From the NCBI GenBank assembly GCA_964215955.1, contig CAXPDR010000029.1, positions 1,073-65,072 on the forward strand: DNA of 64,000 bases, read 5' to 3'. Within the stretch, counting starts at the first letter, position 1; every line of letters starts with the position of its first letter. The stretch comes from Flavobacteriaceae bacterium (GTDB lineage Bacteria; Bdellovibrionota; Bacteriovoracia; Bacteriovoracales; Bacteriovoracaceae). Below, piece after piece: positions 1-10,210 of this stretch. The position numbers were made by a program, and so were the translations under genes. The notes under the pieces are model-generated. The model did not search any database and was not told where the DNA came from. It saw nothing but the letters and a program-made list of their open reading frames with translations.

Positions 1-1
1 T

Positions 2-937
2 ATTGAAGCATTACCATCTATTCTAGTTGGGATGCCTTCATTAATTGATAAACCACTTTATCAATCCCAATACCAAACAAATAGTTTTTATGGCCTTGCT
101 TATTATTTAAATCAAGAAGGTTATAATTCATCTTTTTTCCATGGAGGAAAAAGAGGAACGATGGACTTTGATGCCTACACAAGATCAATTGGAATTCCTA
201 ATTATTTTGGGAAAGAAGACTATCCATTTTCTGAACACTTTGATGGTGCATGGGGAATTTATGATGATAAATTTATGAGTTGGTTTGGAGAGGAGTTGGG
301 AAAGAAAAAAGAACCTTTTTTTAGTACATTCTTCTCTTTAAGTTCACATCAACCATATTCAATTCCAAAAGAGTTTAAGAACAAATTTCCAAAAGGGAAT
401 TTAGAGATCCATGAGAGTATAGGTTATGTGGATTATTCTTTGCAGGAATTTTTTAGAAAATACAATAATAAAGATTGGTTTAAGAATACCTTATTTGTGA
501 TTACTGCAGATCATACTCAAAAAACTAAAGGCTTAAGGTATAATAATACTCTTGGTAAGTATCGTGTACCTTTGTTGTTTTATCATCCAAAGCTTGATTT
601 AAGTGACCTTGATAGTAAAAAAGTTACTCAGCATGCAGACATCATTCATAGTATTTTAGATTTTTTAGATATCGAGCCTAAGCAGAAGCTTCTCTTTGGG
701 GAAAGTGTATTTTCTAAGAACTACGAAACGATAAATTTAAGTTATATAAATGGTTCTTATTCTTTATTTTATAAAAATATCTTAACCCGAATGATAGATG
801 GTAAAACTGTAAATAAAAGATATTCAAAGGACTTACATTCTGAAACTATTCTTACAGGTCAAAAACAGTCTGAAGAGCTTAAAGCTTTGATTCAGTATAC
901 TATAAATGGGCTTATTAAAAATCAGCTTTATCAGTAA
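2..937 (+). CDS. sulfatase/alkaline-phosphatase superfamily protein (LtaS/MdoB-like), 5'-truncated by window edge
   Basis: The reading frame is open to the window start. The C-terminal half of a sulfatase-type catalytic domain is present (FVITADHTQ motif, YRVPLLFYHP). Confidence 0.55.
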   Translation: MEALPSILVGMPSLIDKPLYQSQYQTNSFYGLAYYLNQEGYNSSFFHGGKRGTMDFDAYTRSIGIPNYFGKEDYPFSEHFDGAWGIYDDKFMSWFGEELGKKKEPFFSTFFSLSSHQPYSIPKEFKNKFPKGNLEIHESIGYVDYSLQEFFRKYNNKDWFKNTLFVITADHTQKTKGLRYNNTLGKYRVPLLFYHPKLDLSDLDSKKVTQHADIIHSILDFLDIEPKQKLLFGESVFSKNYETINLSYINGSYSLFYKNILTRMIDGKTVNKRYSKDLHSETILTGQKQSEELKALIQYTINGLIKNQLYQ

Positions 938-1020
938 GTTGATTAAAAAATAAACACCTATCTAGATAATTATTTCATACAAACTATAATCAATATTCAT
1001 TAAGCTCTAAACTATTAAAA

Positions 1021-1974
1021 GTGTATTATTTAAAAGCTTTTATATTTATTTTCACAATCTCAAATGTTTTTGGAAGTGAAGTCGATCATTATTCAACTTT
1101 AGATAAGTCTTTAAAAGATTCAACGACAGAACTTAACCGGTTTGTGAATAAATCTATAAAAGATATTGTTGATGAACTAAATAAAAAGGGCAGTTGCACT
1201 GAGGATATGCGAATTTCAATTGCAGATGAATTAGTATCCAGATTTCAAGGTCTTGGTTGGAGAGCATTTCCACGTATTGAAACAGATATTGCCGATGAAC
1301 TTAAAGACAATCAAAAAATTAGTTTAACTCAAAGCGAGTCCATTTATAAAAATTTTGGATTTTCTGAAGGTTTTGCTGCTGGATTAGGATTAGCCTGTTG
1401 TTCAGATCTAGTAAAAGTAAATAATGTTAGGGTTGGTACAGATAAGTTAGGCCATTTCTTTTTAGAAGGGTACTATTTTTATTTAGAGTCACTTAAAAAG
1501 CAAAAATCTTACTTAGGGAGGTTAGAACGCAGCTTTTTAAGCCAGAGGGCCAGGATTGAAGATAATACTTATGCAGAATTAAAAATTCATGCCATTAATA
1601 AAATGTCTGAAGAAAATCTTTTTGGATATTATATGACAGGGGTTTATTCATATGCAGATAAAATTGCAAATTATGAAGGAACTAATTTTTGGAAAGAATT
1701 CTTTTCTAAGAGTAGTAGATTCATTGAATGTAATCAGGGAAAAACTATAATAAAAAGTAAATTTGATTGGAAAAACTATGTAAACCCTATGTGGGATGAA
1801 TCCATCAACTGTAATAAATATGTAGATAAGGACTCAACCCTTGAAGTAGAAAGTCAGATTCTAGATTCTGATTATGGCAGCTGTCCGAGAAGGACGGATT
1901 TATGTGAAGTTGGACGCAAGAAATATGGAAAGCAGGCTTCGTTTTTAATACATCCTAAATGTTTCAAAAATTAA
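1021..1974 (+). CDS. secreted hypothetical protein
   Basis: 317-aa ORF with a GTG start and an N-terminal signal peptide (FIFIFTISNVFGSEV). I recognised no family. Confidence 0.5.
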   Translation: MYYLKAFIFIFTISNVFGSEVDHYSTLDKSLKDSTTELNRFVNKSIKDIVDELNKKGSCTEDMRISIADELVSRFQGLGWRAFPRIETDIADELKDNQKISLTQSESIYKNFGFSEGFAAGLGLACCSDLVKVNNVRVGTDKLGHFFLEGYYFYLESLKKQKSYLGRLERSFLSQRARIEDNTYAELKIHAINKMSEENLFGYYMTGVYSYADKIANYEGTNFWKEFFSKSSRFIECNQGKTIIKSKFDWKNYVNPMWDESINCNKYVDKDSTLEVESQILDSDYGSCPRRTDLCEVGRKKYGKQASFLIHPKCFKN

Positions 1975-2036
1975 TCTCGAATTTTGTTGTTGTCTTGCGA
2001 TTAAATAATCACGTAGTTTACATAAAGAAAAACAAG

Positions 2037-2054
2037 CCCTTACAGAAGTAAGGG
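2037..2054 (+). terminator. stem-loop downstream of the 1021-1974 gene
   Basis: cccttac-agaa-gtaaggg, a 7-bp stem. The U-tract is weak (agtatttg). Confidence 0.35.
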
Positions 2055-2084
2055 AGTATTTGAATTCACTTTAGTTTATAAGCT

Positions 2085-2098
2085 AACGACGCGTCATT
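2085..2098. promoter_or_regulatory. near-palindrome AACGACGCGTCATT upstream of the liu operon (candidate operator)
   Basis: The core GACGCGTC (2088-2095) is a perfect palindrome and a GC-rich island in an AT-rich leader, about 70 nt upstream of the liuB start. Confidence 0.25.
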
Positions 2099-2164
2099 TC
2101 TTGTCAGTTTTACTCAGTAAAGTTAGGATGATCCATCTTTAAATACTTGAATTATAAGAAGGTA

Positions 2165-3781
2165 ATGATGGAAATTATTGGTTCACACATAGACTCAACA
2201 TCTGAGTTATTCCAAGAAAATGCAGACTTTAATCACGCTCTTCGTTCTGAGTTTATGGCCCATATTGAAAAAGTAAAAATGGGTGGTGGTGAAAAGTACG
2301 TTGAAAAACATAAGAAAAGAAATAAATTTTTAGCAAGGGAAAGAATTGATAAAATTTTAGATGATGGCTCTGAGTTTATTGAGCTTTCAGCTCTTGCTGG
2401 TAATGAAGTTTATAAAGAAGATGTACCAAGTGCAGGTGTTGTGACCGGAATTGGAAGAGTTCACGGCATAGAGTGCATGTTTGTTGCAAATGATGCTACT
2501 GTAAAGGGTGGTACGTATTTTCCTTTAACTGTAAAAAAACATCTAAGGGCTCAAGAGATTGCTCTGAAGAATAAACTTCCTTGTATTTATCTGGTGGATT
2601 CTGGTGGAGCATTTCTTCCAATGCAGGATGAAGTTTTTCCAGATAAAGATCACTTTGGAAGAATTTTTTATAATCAAGCTCAGATGAGTGCAAAAGGAAT
2701 TCCACAAATTGCGGTCGTTCTTGGCTCATGTACTGCAGGTGGAGCCTATGTTCCTGCCATGAGTGATGAAACAGTTATTGTTAAGGGCAATGGTACAATC
2801 TTTTTAGGTGGACCGCCTTTAGTTAAAGCAGCTACGGGAGAAGAGGTTAGTGCCGAAGATCTTGGTGGAGCAGATGTTCATACAAAAATTTCAGGTGTTG
2901 CAGATCATTTTGCAGAAGATGAAGAGGATGCTCTGGCCATCACTAGAGATATTGTTGAAAATTTAAACTTTAAAGCTAATGATAAAGAAAAAACCGTAAC
3001 CAATGTTGAAGATCCATATTTTAGTTCCGACGAAATATATGGAATTATTCCAAAAGATACAAGAAAGCCGTACGATGTCAGAGAGATTATTGCACGGTTA
3101 GTTGATGGTTCTAAATTTCAAGAGTTTAAAAAACATTATGGTGAAACTCTCGTTTGTGGTTTTGCAAATATTCATGGTTATAAGGTTGGAGTTATTGCGA
3201 ATAATGGTATTTTATTCTCTGAAAGTGCTGTTAAAGGTGCTCACTTTATTGAGCTTTGTAGTCAAAGAAAAATTCCTTTATTATTTCTTCAAAATATTAC
3301 AGGATTTATGGTTGGAAGAAAATATGAGTCGGAAGGAATCGCCAAGCATGGAGCTAAATTAGTTACAGCTGTTTCAACAGCTAATGTTCCTAAATACACT
3401 GTCGTTATTGGTGGATCATTTGGAGCTGGTAATTATGGAATGTGTGGTAGAGCATATGATCCAAGATTTTTATGGATGTGGCCTAATGCTAAAATTTCTG
3501 TGATGGGTGGTGAGCAAGCAGCTGGAGTTCTTGCAACTGTAAGACAAGATGGTTTGAGATACAAAGGCCAAGAACCAATGACTGAAGAACAGGTCAAAGA
3601 TTTTAAACAACCAATTCTTGATAAATATGAAAAGGAAGGTTCAGCTTATTATAGTACTGCTAGAATTTGGGATGATGGTATTATTCTTCCTGATGAAACT
3701 AGAGATACTCTTGGGATGGCTTTAGCAATTTCACATAATGAAGAATACGGAGACACAAAATTTGGTGTTTTTAGGATGTAA
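2165..3781 (+). CDS. liuB: 3-methylcrotonyl-CoA carboxylase beta subunit (carboxyltransferase)
   Basis: Motifs match MCCase beta closely: [60 protein letters not shown]. The ATG at 2165/2168 follows a GAAGG SD. The track ORF starts at TTG 2147. Confidence 0.9.
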   Translation: MMEIIGSHIDSTSELFQENADFNHALRSEFMAHIEKVKMGGGEKYVEKHKKRNKFLARERIDKILDDGSEFIELSALAGNEVYKEDVPSAGVVTGIGRVHGIECMFVANDATVKGGTYFPLTVKKHLRAQEIALKNKLPCIYLVDSGGAFLPMQDEVFPDKDHFGRIFYNQAQMSAKGIPQIAVVLGSCTAGGAYVPAMSDETVIVKGNGTIFLGGPPLVKAATGEEVSAEDLGGADVHTKISGVADHFAEDEEDALAITRDIVENLNFKANDKEKTVTNVEDPYFSSDEIYGIIPKDTRKPYDVREIIARLVDGSKFQEFKKHYGETLVCGFANIHGYKVGVIANNGILFSESAVKGAHFIELCSQRKIPLLFLQNITGFMVGRKYESEGIAKHGAKLVTAVSTANVPKYTVVIGGSFGAGNYGMCGRAYDPRFLWMWPNAKISVMGGEQAAGVLATVRQDGLRYKGQEPMTEEQVKDFKQPILDKYEKEGSAYYSTARIWDDGIILPDETRDTLGMALAISHNEEYGDTKFGVFRM

Positions 3782-3783
3782 TA

Positions 3784-4566
3784 ATGAATTTATTATTAGT
3801 TAATAAAATTAAAGAGGGTGTAACTGAGGTTAAATTAAATAGACCTGAGATACATAACGCCTTTAATGATGAACTTATTCAAGATATAATTAAATGTTTT
3901 AATGAGTTGGAGAATGACGATAATACTAATATTGTTGTTCTAACTGGTGAGGGACGTTCCTTTTGTGCTGGTGCAGATTTAAACTGGATGAAGTCTATGG
4001 TGAATTATTCCAAAGATGAAAATATCCAGGACTCAAAACAATTATTTAAAATGTTTGAAACAATTAATAACTTTTCAAAGCCAATCATTGGAAAGATTAA
4101 TGGTCATGCTTTAGGTGGAGGCGTAGGGTTAGTTGCAGTTTGCGATTATGTTTTGACCCACGAAAAAGCTAAGTTTGGTTTTACTGAAGTTCGACTTGGT
4201 CTAATTCCAGCTGTTATTTCACCATTTTGTATTAACAAAATAGGTGAGTCTCATGCGAGAGCTTGGTTTATGTCAGGTGAAATGTTTAAAGCCAATAAAG
4301 CATTTGATTTAGGCTTAGTTCATGAAGTTACAAGCATAGAAGAGTTCGATGAAAGATTTGAAGAGATTTTAAAGTCCTTTCAAAAAGCAGGGCCAATTGC
4401 TGCTAGAGAGGCTAAGAAATTAATAAAAAATGTTTTGAAATTAGAAGATGATAAACAAAGTGAATATACTTGTAGTGCTATTGCTGAAAGAAGAATCAGT
4501 GAAGAAGGGCAGGAAGGAATGAGTGCTCTTTTGGAAAAGAGAGCAGCAAATTGGATGGAACAATGA
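3784..4566 (+). CDS. liuC: methylglutaconyl-CoA hydratase (crotonase family)
   Basis: Crotonase signature LNRPEIHNAF ... GEGRSFCAGADLNWM. It lies between the two MCCase subunits, as in the canonical liuBCD order, and starts 3 nt after the liuB stop. Confidence 0.8.
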   Translation: MNLLLVNKIKEGVTEVKLNRPEIHNAFNDELIQDIIKCFNELENDDNTNIVVLTGEGRSFCAGADLNWMKSMVNYSKDENIQDSKQLFKMFETINNFSKPIIGKINGHALGGGVGLVAVCDYVLTHEKAKFGFTEVRLGLIPAVISPFCINKIGESHARAWFMSGEMFKANKAFDLGLVHEVTSIEEFDERFEEILKSFQKAGPIAAREAKKLIKNVLKLEDDKQSEYTCSAIAERRISEEGQEGMSALLEKRAANWMEQ

Positions 4567-6503
4567 TCAAAAAAATATTAATCGCTAATAGAGGTGAGAT
4601 TGCTTTAAGGGTTATTAAAACTTGTAAGGCAAAGGGAATCAAAACTGTAACCTTATATGCTGCTGATGATGCAACTTTACCTCATGCTGGTGCTGGAGAT
4701 GAGAATATCGCTCTAGGAAGAGGACCTCTTTCTGAAACATATTTAAATCAAGATAAAATTATTCAAATAGCAAAGGAAACTGGGGCGGAGGCAATACACC
4801 CTGGTTATGGTTTTCTCTCTGAAAATACAGAGTTTTGTAAGAAAGTTAGTGATGCTGGTTTAATTTTTATCGGTCCGAGTACTGAAGCAATCGAGCTTAT
4901 GGGGGATAAAAAAGAGTCTAAAGTTAAAATGGAAGCTTTAGGTATTCCACTAGTCCCAGGTTATCATGGTGAAAATCAAGAACCAGATTTCTTATTTGAA
5001 GAAGCCAAAAAAATTGGTTTCCCCGTTTTAATTAAGGCAACCGCTGGTGGTGGTGGAAAAGGTATGAGAATTGTAAATTCTGAAAGTGAATTTACGGATG
5101 CTCTTAATGCCTCAAAAAGAGAAGCATTGAATGCATTTTCAAATGATAAGGTATTACTAGAAAAGTACATAATTAATCCAAGACATATTGAAGTTCAGTT
5201 GGTTTCTGATGGACAAGGCAACCACTTTCATTTTTTTGAAAGAGAGTGTTCTATTCAAAGACGTTATCAAAAAGTAATTGAGGAAACACCTTCTCCTGCT
5301 TTAAATGATGAGTTAAGAGCTTCTGTATGTGACACAGCTGTAAAAATAGCGAAAGGAATTAATTATATTGGTGCAGGGACCATAGAATATATTTTGGCAC
5401 CAAATAATGAATTTTATTTTCTCGAAATGAATACAAGGCTTCAGGTTGAACATCCTGTTACTGAAATGGTTACAGGTGTGGATCTTGTTGATCTTCAAAT
5501 TCAGGCTGCTCAAGGGCTAGCTTTTAAATTCAAACAGGAAGATATCAATCAGACTGGTCATTCAATTGAGTGTCGAATATATGCGGAAGATCCTGATAAT
5601 GAGTTTCTTCCAACTACTGGGCGAATTCAAAAGATTGAAACAAATCCTGAAACTGATTATAGACTAGATTGTGGTTATAGAGATGGAAATCATATTTCAA
5701 CTAATTATGATCCTATGCTCGCAAAACTTATAACTTATGATACGGACAGATACTCGGCCATTGAAAAAATGCAAGTCAGTCTTAATAATGTATTATTCGG
5801 AGGAACTAAGACAAATAGAGATTATTTGAAAAGAGTTCTAGATAATGAGAAATTTATCGAAGGAAATATTCATACCCACTTGATTGAGCAGGATAAAGAA
5901 GAGCTTAAAAAGAAAAAGTGGGAACAAAATATTGAGGCTCATTTTGTGGCAGTATCTTTAATTTCAGCAACGAAGCCAGTTCAAAACCTTTGGGACAAAA
6001 AGTTTAAACAAACCAATAAAGTCATTTCGATAGATGGAGATGAAATCTCCGTTGTCGTGAACTCTTTGAATCGAAATGGTATTTTATTTTCTTTAGAAGG
6101 AAAAAAATATCGTTATGAAACACTTCTGTGGGAAAAAGGTCATATCGTTTTAGAAAGTAAGGGAGAAATCATTTCATCCCATCTCTTTATGAACCAAAAT
6201 GGAAGCTTTCAGGTTTTTGTTAATGATTTTGAGGCGATTGTTGATGTTGCATCAAAAGCGAGAAGAGCTTCTAGCTCTCAGCAATTATCAGAGGGATCTC
6301 TTCAAAGCCCGATGCCTGGAAAGGTCTTTAAGGTATTGAAGAATGTTGGAGATAAAGTTGAGAAAGGTGAGTCTGTAATAATTGTAGAAGCAATGAAAAT
6401 GGAGCATACAATTAAAGCTACTACTGAAGGATTAATAAAGGATATTTTCTTTAAAGAAGGTGATCAAGTCCAAGGTGGAGTTTTACTTTGTGAAATAGAG
6501 TAG
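4563..6503 (+). CDS. liuD: 3-methylcrotonyl-CoA carboxylase alpha subunit (biotin carboxylase + biotinyl carrier domain)
   Basis: Biotin carboxylase N-terminus MIKKILIANRGEIALRVI, ATP-grasp region, and C-terminal biotinylation motif EAMKMEH. Its ATG overlaps the liuC stop (ATGA at 4563-4566). Confidence 0.9.
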   Translation: MIKKILIANRGEIALRVIKTCKAKGIKTVTLYAADDATLPHAGAGDENIALGRGPLSETYLNQDKIIQIAKETGAEAIHPGYGFLSENTEFCKKVSDAGLIFIGPSTEAIELMGDKKESKVKMEALGIPLVPGYHGENQEPDFLFEEAKKIGFPVLIKATAGGGGKGMRIVNSESEFTDALNASKREALNAFSNDKVLLEKYIINPRHIEVQLVSDGQGNHFHFFERECSIQRRYQKVIEETPSPALNDELRASVCDTAVKIAKGINYIGAGTIEYILAPNNEFYFLEMNTRLQVEHPVTEMVTGVDLVDLQIQAAQGLAFKFKQEDINQTGHSIECRIYAEDPDNEFLPTTGRIQKIETNPETDYRLDCGYRDGNHISTNYDPMLAKLITYDTDRYSAIEKMQVSLNNVLFGGTKTNRDYLKRVLDNEKFIEGNIHTHLIEQDKEELKKKKWEQNIEAHFVAVSLISATKPVQNLWDKKFKQTNKVISIDGDEISVVVNSLNRNGILFSLEGKKYRYETLLWEKGHIVLESKGEIISSHLFMNQNGSFQVFVNDFEAIVDVASKARRASSSQQLSEGSLQSPMPGKVFKVLKNVGDKVEKGESVIIVEAMKMEHTIKATTEGLIKDIFFKEGDQVQGGVLLCEIE

Positions 6504-6506
6504 AAT

Positions 6507-7421
6507 ATGTTTGAAAGTTTACCTAAAAGTGTAAAAATTGTTGAGGTTGGTCCTAGGGATGGATTACAGAATGAGAAGATATCTTTAAGTTTAGAAGATA
6601 AACTTAAGTATATTCATTTGCTTACTCAATCAGGATTGAAGAATATTGAAGCTACAAGTTTCGTTCGTGCTGATAGAATACCTCAAATGGCAGATGCCAA
6701 GAAACTCTTTAGTGCATTAAAAAAAGAAAGCAACTTTTCTGATTTTAATTTTCCTTGTTTAGTTCCTAATATGAAAGGCTTTGATCTTGCTTTAGAGGCA
6801 GGAGTCGAAGAAATATCTTTATTCTCAGCAACAAGTGATGAATTCACCAAAAAGAATATAAATTGCACTGTAGATGAAAGCTTTGAACGGATGGAACCCG
6901 TATCTAAAGAAGCGATAAAGCATGGCCTGAAAATTAGAGGCTATATCTCAACAGCTTTTGGTTGTCCTTATGCTGGCCTAATGCCTGCTGATGATCTTGT
7001 TAAGGTTGCAAAAAGGTTTTTGGATTTAGGTGTTTATGAAATAAGTATTGGCGATACAATAGGAGTTGCAACACCGTCTCAAGTTTATGAATATATTTCA
7101 GCTTTAAAAGTTATTATGCCTGTTGATAAAATTGCCATGCATTTTCATGATACGAGAGGAATGGCCCTGGCAAATATTTTAGTTTCACTAGAGCAAGGTA
7201 TATCTGTTTTTGATTCTTCTTCAGGAGGTCTTGGAGGTTGTCCTTATGCAAAAGGGGCAACAGGAAATATTGCGACAGAGGATGTACTTTATTTGATGAA
7301 TTCTTTAGGTATTGATACTGGAGTTGACTTAGGCAAACTCAAAATAGCATCAGACTTTATTTTAGAAAAAGTTGGAAAAGTTAGTCCTTCAAAATATTTT
7401 CAAACCTTAAATAGGAATTAA
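6507..7421 (+). CDS. liuE: hydroxymethylglutaryl-CoA lyase
   Basis: Classic N-terminus VKIVEVGPRDGLQNE, plus HFHDTRGMALANI and GGLGGCPYA motifs. It starts 3 nt after the liuD stop. Confidence 0.9.
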   Translation: MFESLPKSVKIVEVGPRDGLQNEKISLSLEDKLKYIHLLTQSGLKNIEATSFVRADRIPQMADAKKLFSALKKESNFSDFNFPCLVPNMKGFDLALEAGVEEISLFSATSDEFTKKNINCTVDESFERMEPVSKEAIKHGLKIRGYISTAFGCPYAGLMPADDLVKVAKRFLDLGVYEISIGDTIGVATPSQVYEYISALKVIMPVDKIAMHFHDTRGMALANILVSLEQGISVFDSSSGGLGGCPYAKGATGNIATEDVLYLMNSLGIDTGVDLGKLKIASDFILEKVGKVSPSKYFQTLNRN

Positions 7422-7423
7422 GT

Positions 7424-8233
7424 ATGAGTTATGATTCAAAATCTAATTTAATTTTAAAATATGAAAATAACGTTTTGTGGATCACTCTCAATCGAGCTGA
7501 AAGTAGTAATGCATTTTCAGATGAGATGATTAAGTTCTTAGTTGAAACTCTTGAGCAAGCTGATGAAGACAATGATATAAGATGTATTGTTATTACTGGT
7601 GCTGGTAAGCACTTTTGTGCTGGTGGTGATGTTAAAGCAATGCAGACCAAGTCAGGAATGTTTGCAGGGGAGTCCAATGAGTTACGTGAAAGATATAAAA
7701 GAGGAATTCAAAAAATTCCATTATGTTTTGAAAGGCTATCTACCCCTGTCGTTGCCATGATTAATGGTGCAGCTATTGGTGCAGGACTTGATCTAGCTTG
7801 TATGTGTGATATTAGGATTGCTAGTGAATATGCAAAGTTTGGTGAAACTTTTACCAAGCTAGGCTTAATTCCAGGTGATGGAGGGACTTATTTTTTACAA
7901 AGAATAGTTGGTTTTGGAAAGGCAATGGAATTAACTTTAACAGGTGAAATTATCAATTGTGAAAATGCAAAAAATATCGGACTAGTGAACTATGTCGTAG
8001 GGGCAGATCAATTACTGAGTAAAACTCAAGAGATAGTAGATAAAATTATTTCAAATGCTCCAATTGCGGTTCAAATGGCAAAGCGTTCATTAATTTCCAG
8101 CTATAGAAGTGACCTACAGACAAGCCTAGACATGCTTTCAGCTTATCAGGGAATAACTCAAAGAACATCTGACCATTTTGAAGCTGTAAACTCTGTTTTT
8201 AATAAAAGTCAAACAGATTTTTCTCACAAATAA
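7424..8233 (+). CDS. enoyl-CoA hydratase/isomerase family protein (second crotonase of the operon)
   Basis: Crotonase signature ITGAGKHFCAGGDVKAM and INGAAIGAGLDLACMCD. It starts 2 nt after the liuE stop. Confidence 0.8.
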   Translation: MSYDSKSNLILKYENNVLWITLNRAESSNAFSDEMIKFLVETLEQADEDNDIRCIVITGAGKHFCAGGDVKAMQTKSGMFAGESNELRERYKRGIQKIPLCFERLSTPVVAMINGAAIGAGLDLACMCDIRIASEYAKFGETFTKLGLIPGDGGTYFLQRIVGFGKAMELTLTGEIINCENAKNIGLVNYVVGADQLLSKTQEIVDKIISNAPIAVQMAKRSLISSYRSDLQTSLDMLSAYQGITQRTSDHFEAVNSVFNKSQTDFSHK

Positions 8234-8322
8234 TTAATACCATTTTTTTTAAATTTCATTTTGACATTCATCATCAATATTTGCGAAAATTAATTATTAG
8301 AAAATATTACGTGGGAAGATTA

Positions 8323-8661
8323 GTGATTAAATTGAGTTTCTTTTTTTTAAGTTTCTTAACATTAATTAGTTGCTCAAGCATAAGCTTTAAATCTTCTAAT
8401 GCAATTTCTACAAGCTTTGATTTTAAAGATGATAAAGAGTCAAAAGTATCTGTAGAAATTTCTAAACCTTTCTATATGTGGGGGAATGTTCCTAGTGAAC
8501 AAGTTGTTGAAGTTGATAGAGTATTTGTAAGTAAAGGTTTTAGTGAAATTTCAAATCTTGAGATAAAAGAAATAAAAACAACAAAAAAGTTTTTGTGGAT
8601 GTTGGCTACTTTTGGCATGTACTATCCACAGACATTTATAATGAGTGCAAAAGCGAATTAG
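8323..8661 (+). CDS. small lipoprotein, Bor/Iss-like
   Basis: Lipobox FLTLISC. The C-terminal pattern FYMWGNVP...VEVD...LATFGMYYPQTF resembles the Bor-family pattern (FFVSGIGQ...LGIYTP). The track ORF starts at TTG 8281; GTG 8323 after GGGAAG is my preferred start. Confidence 0.45.
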   Translation: MIKLSFFFLSFLTLISCSSISFKSSNAISTSFDFKDDKESKVSVEISKPFYMWGNVPSEQVVEVDRVFVSKGFSEISNLEIKEIKTTKKFLWMLATFGMYYPQTFIMSAKAN

Positions 8662-8788
8662 TTTTGGTGGCCAAGGATGGACGCCGTATGGGCCAAGGAA
8701 GGCCCTTCCTATAAATTCCTTATATTTTTATTTATCTACTTCGTCGTTTCGTTTATTTATTCACTCGACGATCACTAGATCGACTCAC

Positions 8789-10198
8789 TTATCTAATAGG
8801 AGTATCCTGACATCTGTAGAGTTCAAATTCTCCTGGTGATTCAAGCTTGGATCTAGCGTCTCTTAAAGCTGTTCTTAAACCCTCTTCAACCACTGGATGG
8901 TAAAAAGGCATAGTAAGCATTTCTTGAACTGTAAGCTTCATTGCCATTCCCCATGCAATCAAGTGAGCGAGATGCTCACCATCTGGAGCAAATAACTCAG
9001 CTCCCAAGATTTTTCCACTAGAGCTTTCGGCGAATATTTTAAGCATTCCCTTTTCTTTAAGCTTAACGATACTTCTTCCTTGCCCTTCAAAGCTTACAAA
9101 ACCAGTAACAAAGTCTTGGTTTTGTTCTTTGAGTTCTTTATATCTACTACCTATTGTTGCAATATTGGGATCTGAGAAAGTTATTCCAAGCATGGGTCTC
9201 TTTTGAAAACATTGCTTACCGTTGACAGCATTGTGACCTGCTATGAATCCTTCATCTGCTGCTTCGTGAAGAAGAGTTCTTTCTGCAGTAACATCTCCAA
9301 CGAGATAGAGGTGTTCAAAGTTTTTTAATGAAAAATCGCTTTTATTAAACTCAGGAACTTTTCCCTGTAATTCTGGGGCTAAGTTTTCTAAGCCTAGGTT
9401 GAAGACATTTGGTCTTCTTCCAACTGCGACGATGGCTTTATCAACGGGAACTCTTTTTCCATCTACTTCGACTAGAAGTTTACCATTTTCGGTACCTACT
9501 AAATTAGCACCATTTGTATATATGGGCATTTCTTCACTTAACTTTTTTATAATATAGTCTTGAAGCTCTGGTTCACTGGCCCCTCCAATTTCTTTTCCAA
9601 GACCTGCGGCCAAAACATTCACACCAATTCTATTTAAAGCCTGACCTAATTCTAAACCAATGACTCCAAGACCAATTACAGCTACAGTTTCTGGTAGCTT
9701 ATCTAATTCAAAAAACTGATCTGTAGTGATGATATGTTCTCTAAATTCCATCCATGGTTTTGGAATTATAGGACTTGAGCCTGTGGCAATGATAATTTTA
9801 TCTGCCTGAATCTTTTCATCACCAAGATCTAGGGTATTTTGATCTATAAACTTTGCACGTTTTCTGATCAATTTATCCTCATAGTCTGGAAGGGAGGATT
9901 TAACCCCACGGACAAATCTGTCTCTTAGAGATCTTACATGCTCCATGACCTTATCTTGGTTAACTCTAATATTTTCTGAACCAAATATTCCTTGTTGTTC
10001 TAAAGAATGTCTGCGATGAAAATCATTTGCAGCTTGAATTAAAACCTTTGATGGCATACAACCAACACGAGCGCAAGTTGTTCCCAGCGGGCCATCATCA
10101 ATGATGGCGTAATTATCTGTGATCTTTGCAACTTCTTTTCTTGCTGTTAACCCAGCAGTCCCTGCTCCAATTATAACTACATCATATCTTTTCATCAT
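8789..10198 (-). CDS. pyridine nucleotide-disulfide oxidoreductase, dihydrolipoamide dehydrogenase/glutathione-reductase family
   Basis: FAD fold VVIIGAGTAGL, redox-active disulfide GTTCARVGCMPSK, NAD fold VIGLGVIGLELGQ, and a C-terminal dimerisation His-Glu region FYHPVVEEG. Confidence 0.8.
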   Translation of the reverse strand: MMKRYDVVIIGAGTAGLTARKEVAKITDNYAIIDDGPLGTTCARVGCMPSKVLIQAANDFHRRHSLEQQGIFGSENIRVNQDKVMEHVRSLRDRFVRGVKSSLPDYEDKLIRKRAKFIDQNTLDLGDEKIQADKIIIATGSSPIIPKPWMEFREHIITTDQFFELDKLPETVAVIGLGVIGLELGQALNRIGVNVLAAGLGKEIGGASEPELQDYIIKKLSEEMPIYTNGANLVGTENGKLLVEVDGKRVPVDKAIVAVGRRPNVFNLGLENLAPELQGKVPEFNKSDFSLKNFEHLYLVGDVTAERTLLHEAADEGFIAGHNAVNGKQCFQKRPMLGITFSDPNIATIGSRYKELKEQNQDFVTGFVSFEGQGRSIVKLKEKGMLKIFAESSSGKILGAELFAPDGEHLAHLIAWGMAMKLTVQEMLTMPFYHPVVEEGLRTALRDARSKLESPGEFELYRCQDTPIR

Positions 10199-10210
10199 TT
10201 CTTCCTTTGG

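Noticed and set aside
2496-2729. Numerous 60-135-aa ORFs in the track lie inside or antisense to larger genes: 2496-2729, 3102-3362, 4976-5170, 5313-5513, 6683-6868, 7429-7677, 8645-8839, 11108-11604, 16072-16275, 17086-17537, 17964-18182, 19372-20294, 22228-22512, 24837-25061, 25820-26017, 28111-28412, 28840-29244, 29906-30100, 32784-33572, 37474-37782, 39193-39396, 40126-40386, 43872-44162, 44184-44411, 45337-45645, 46316-46694, 46866-47063, 48462-48650, 51267-51536, 52396-52584, 56501-56701, 58218-58400, 60179-60376, 60590-60817.
   Set aside because: All overlap strongly supported genes in another frame or strand. They have low-complexity or odd compositions and no SD or signal features. 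I treat them as spurious shadow ORFs.
8662-8788. The GC-rich island, considered as an SRP (4.5S) RNA or tRNA gene.
   Set aside because: It lacks the conserved SRP domain IV sequence (…GGAAGCAGCC…) and any tRNA T-loop or acceptor features. It is retained only as a low-interest structured region.
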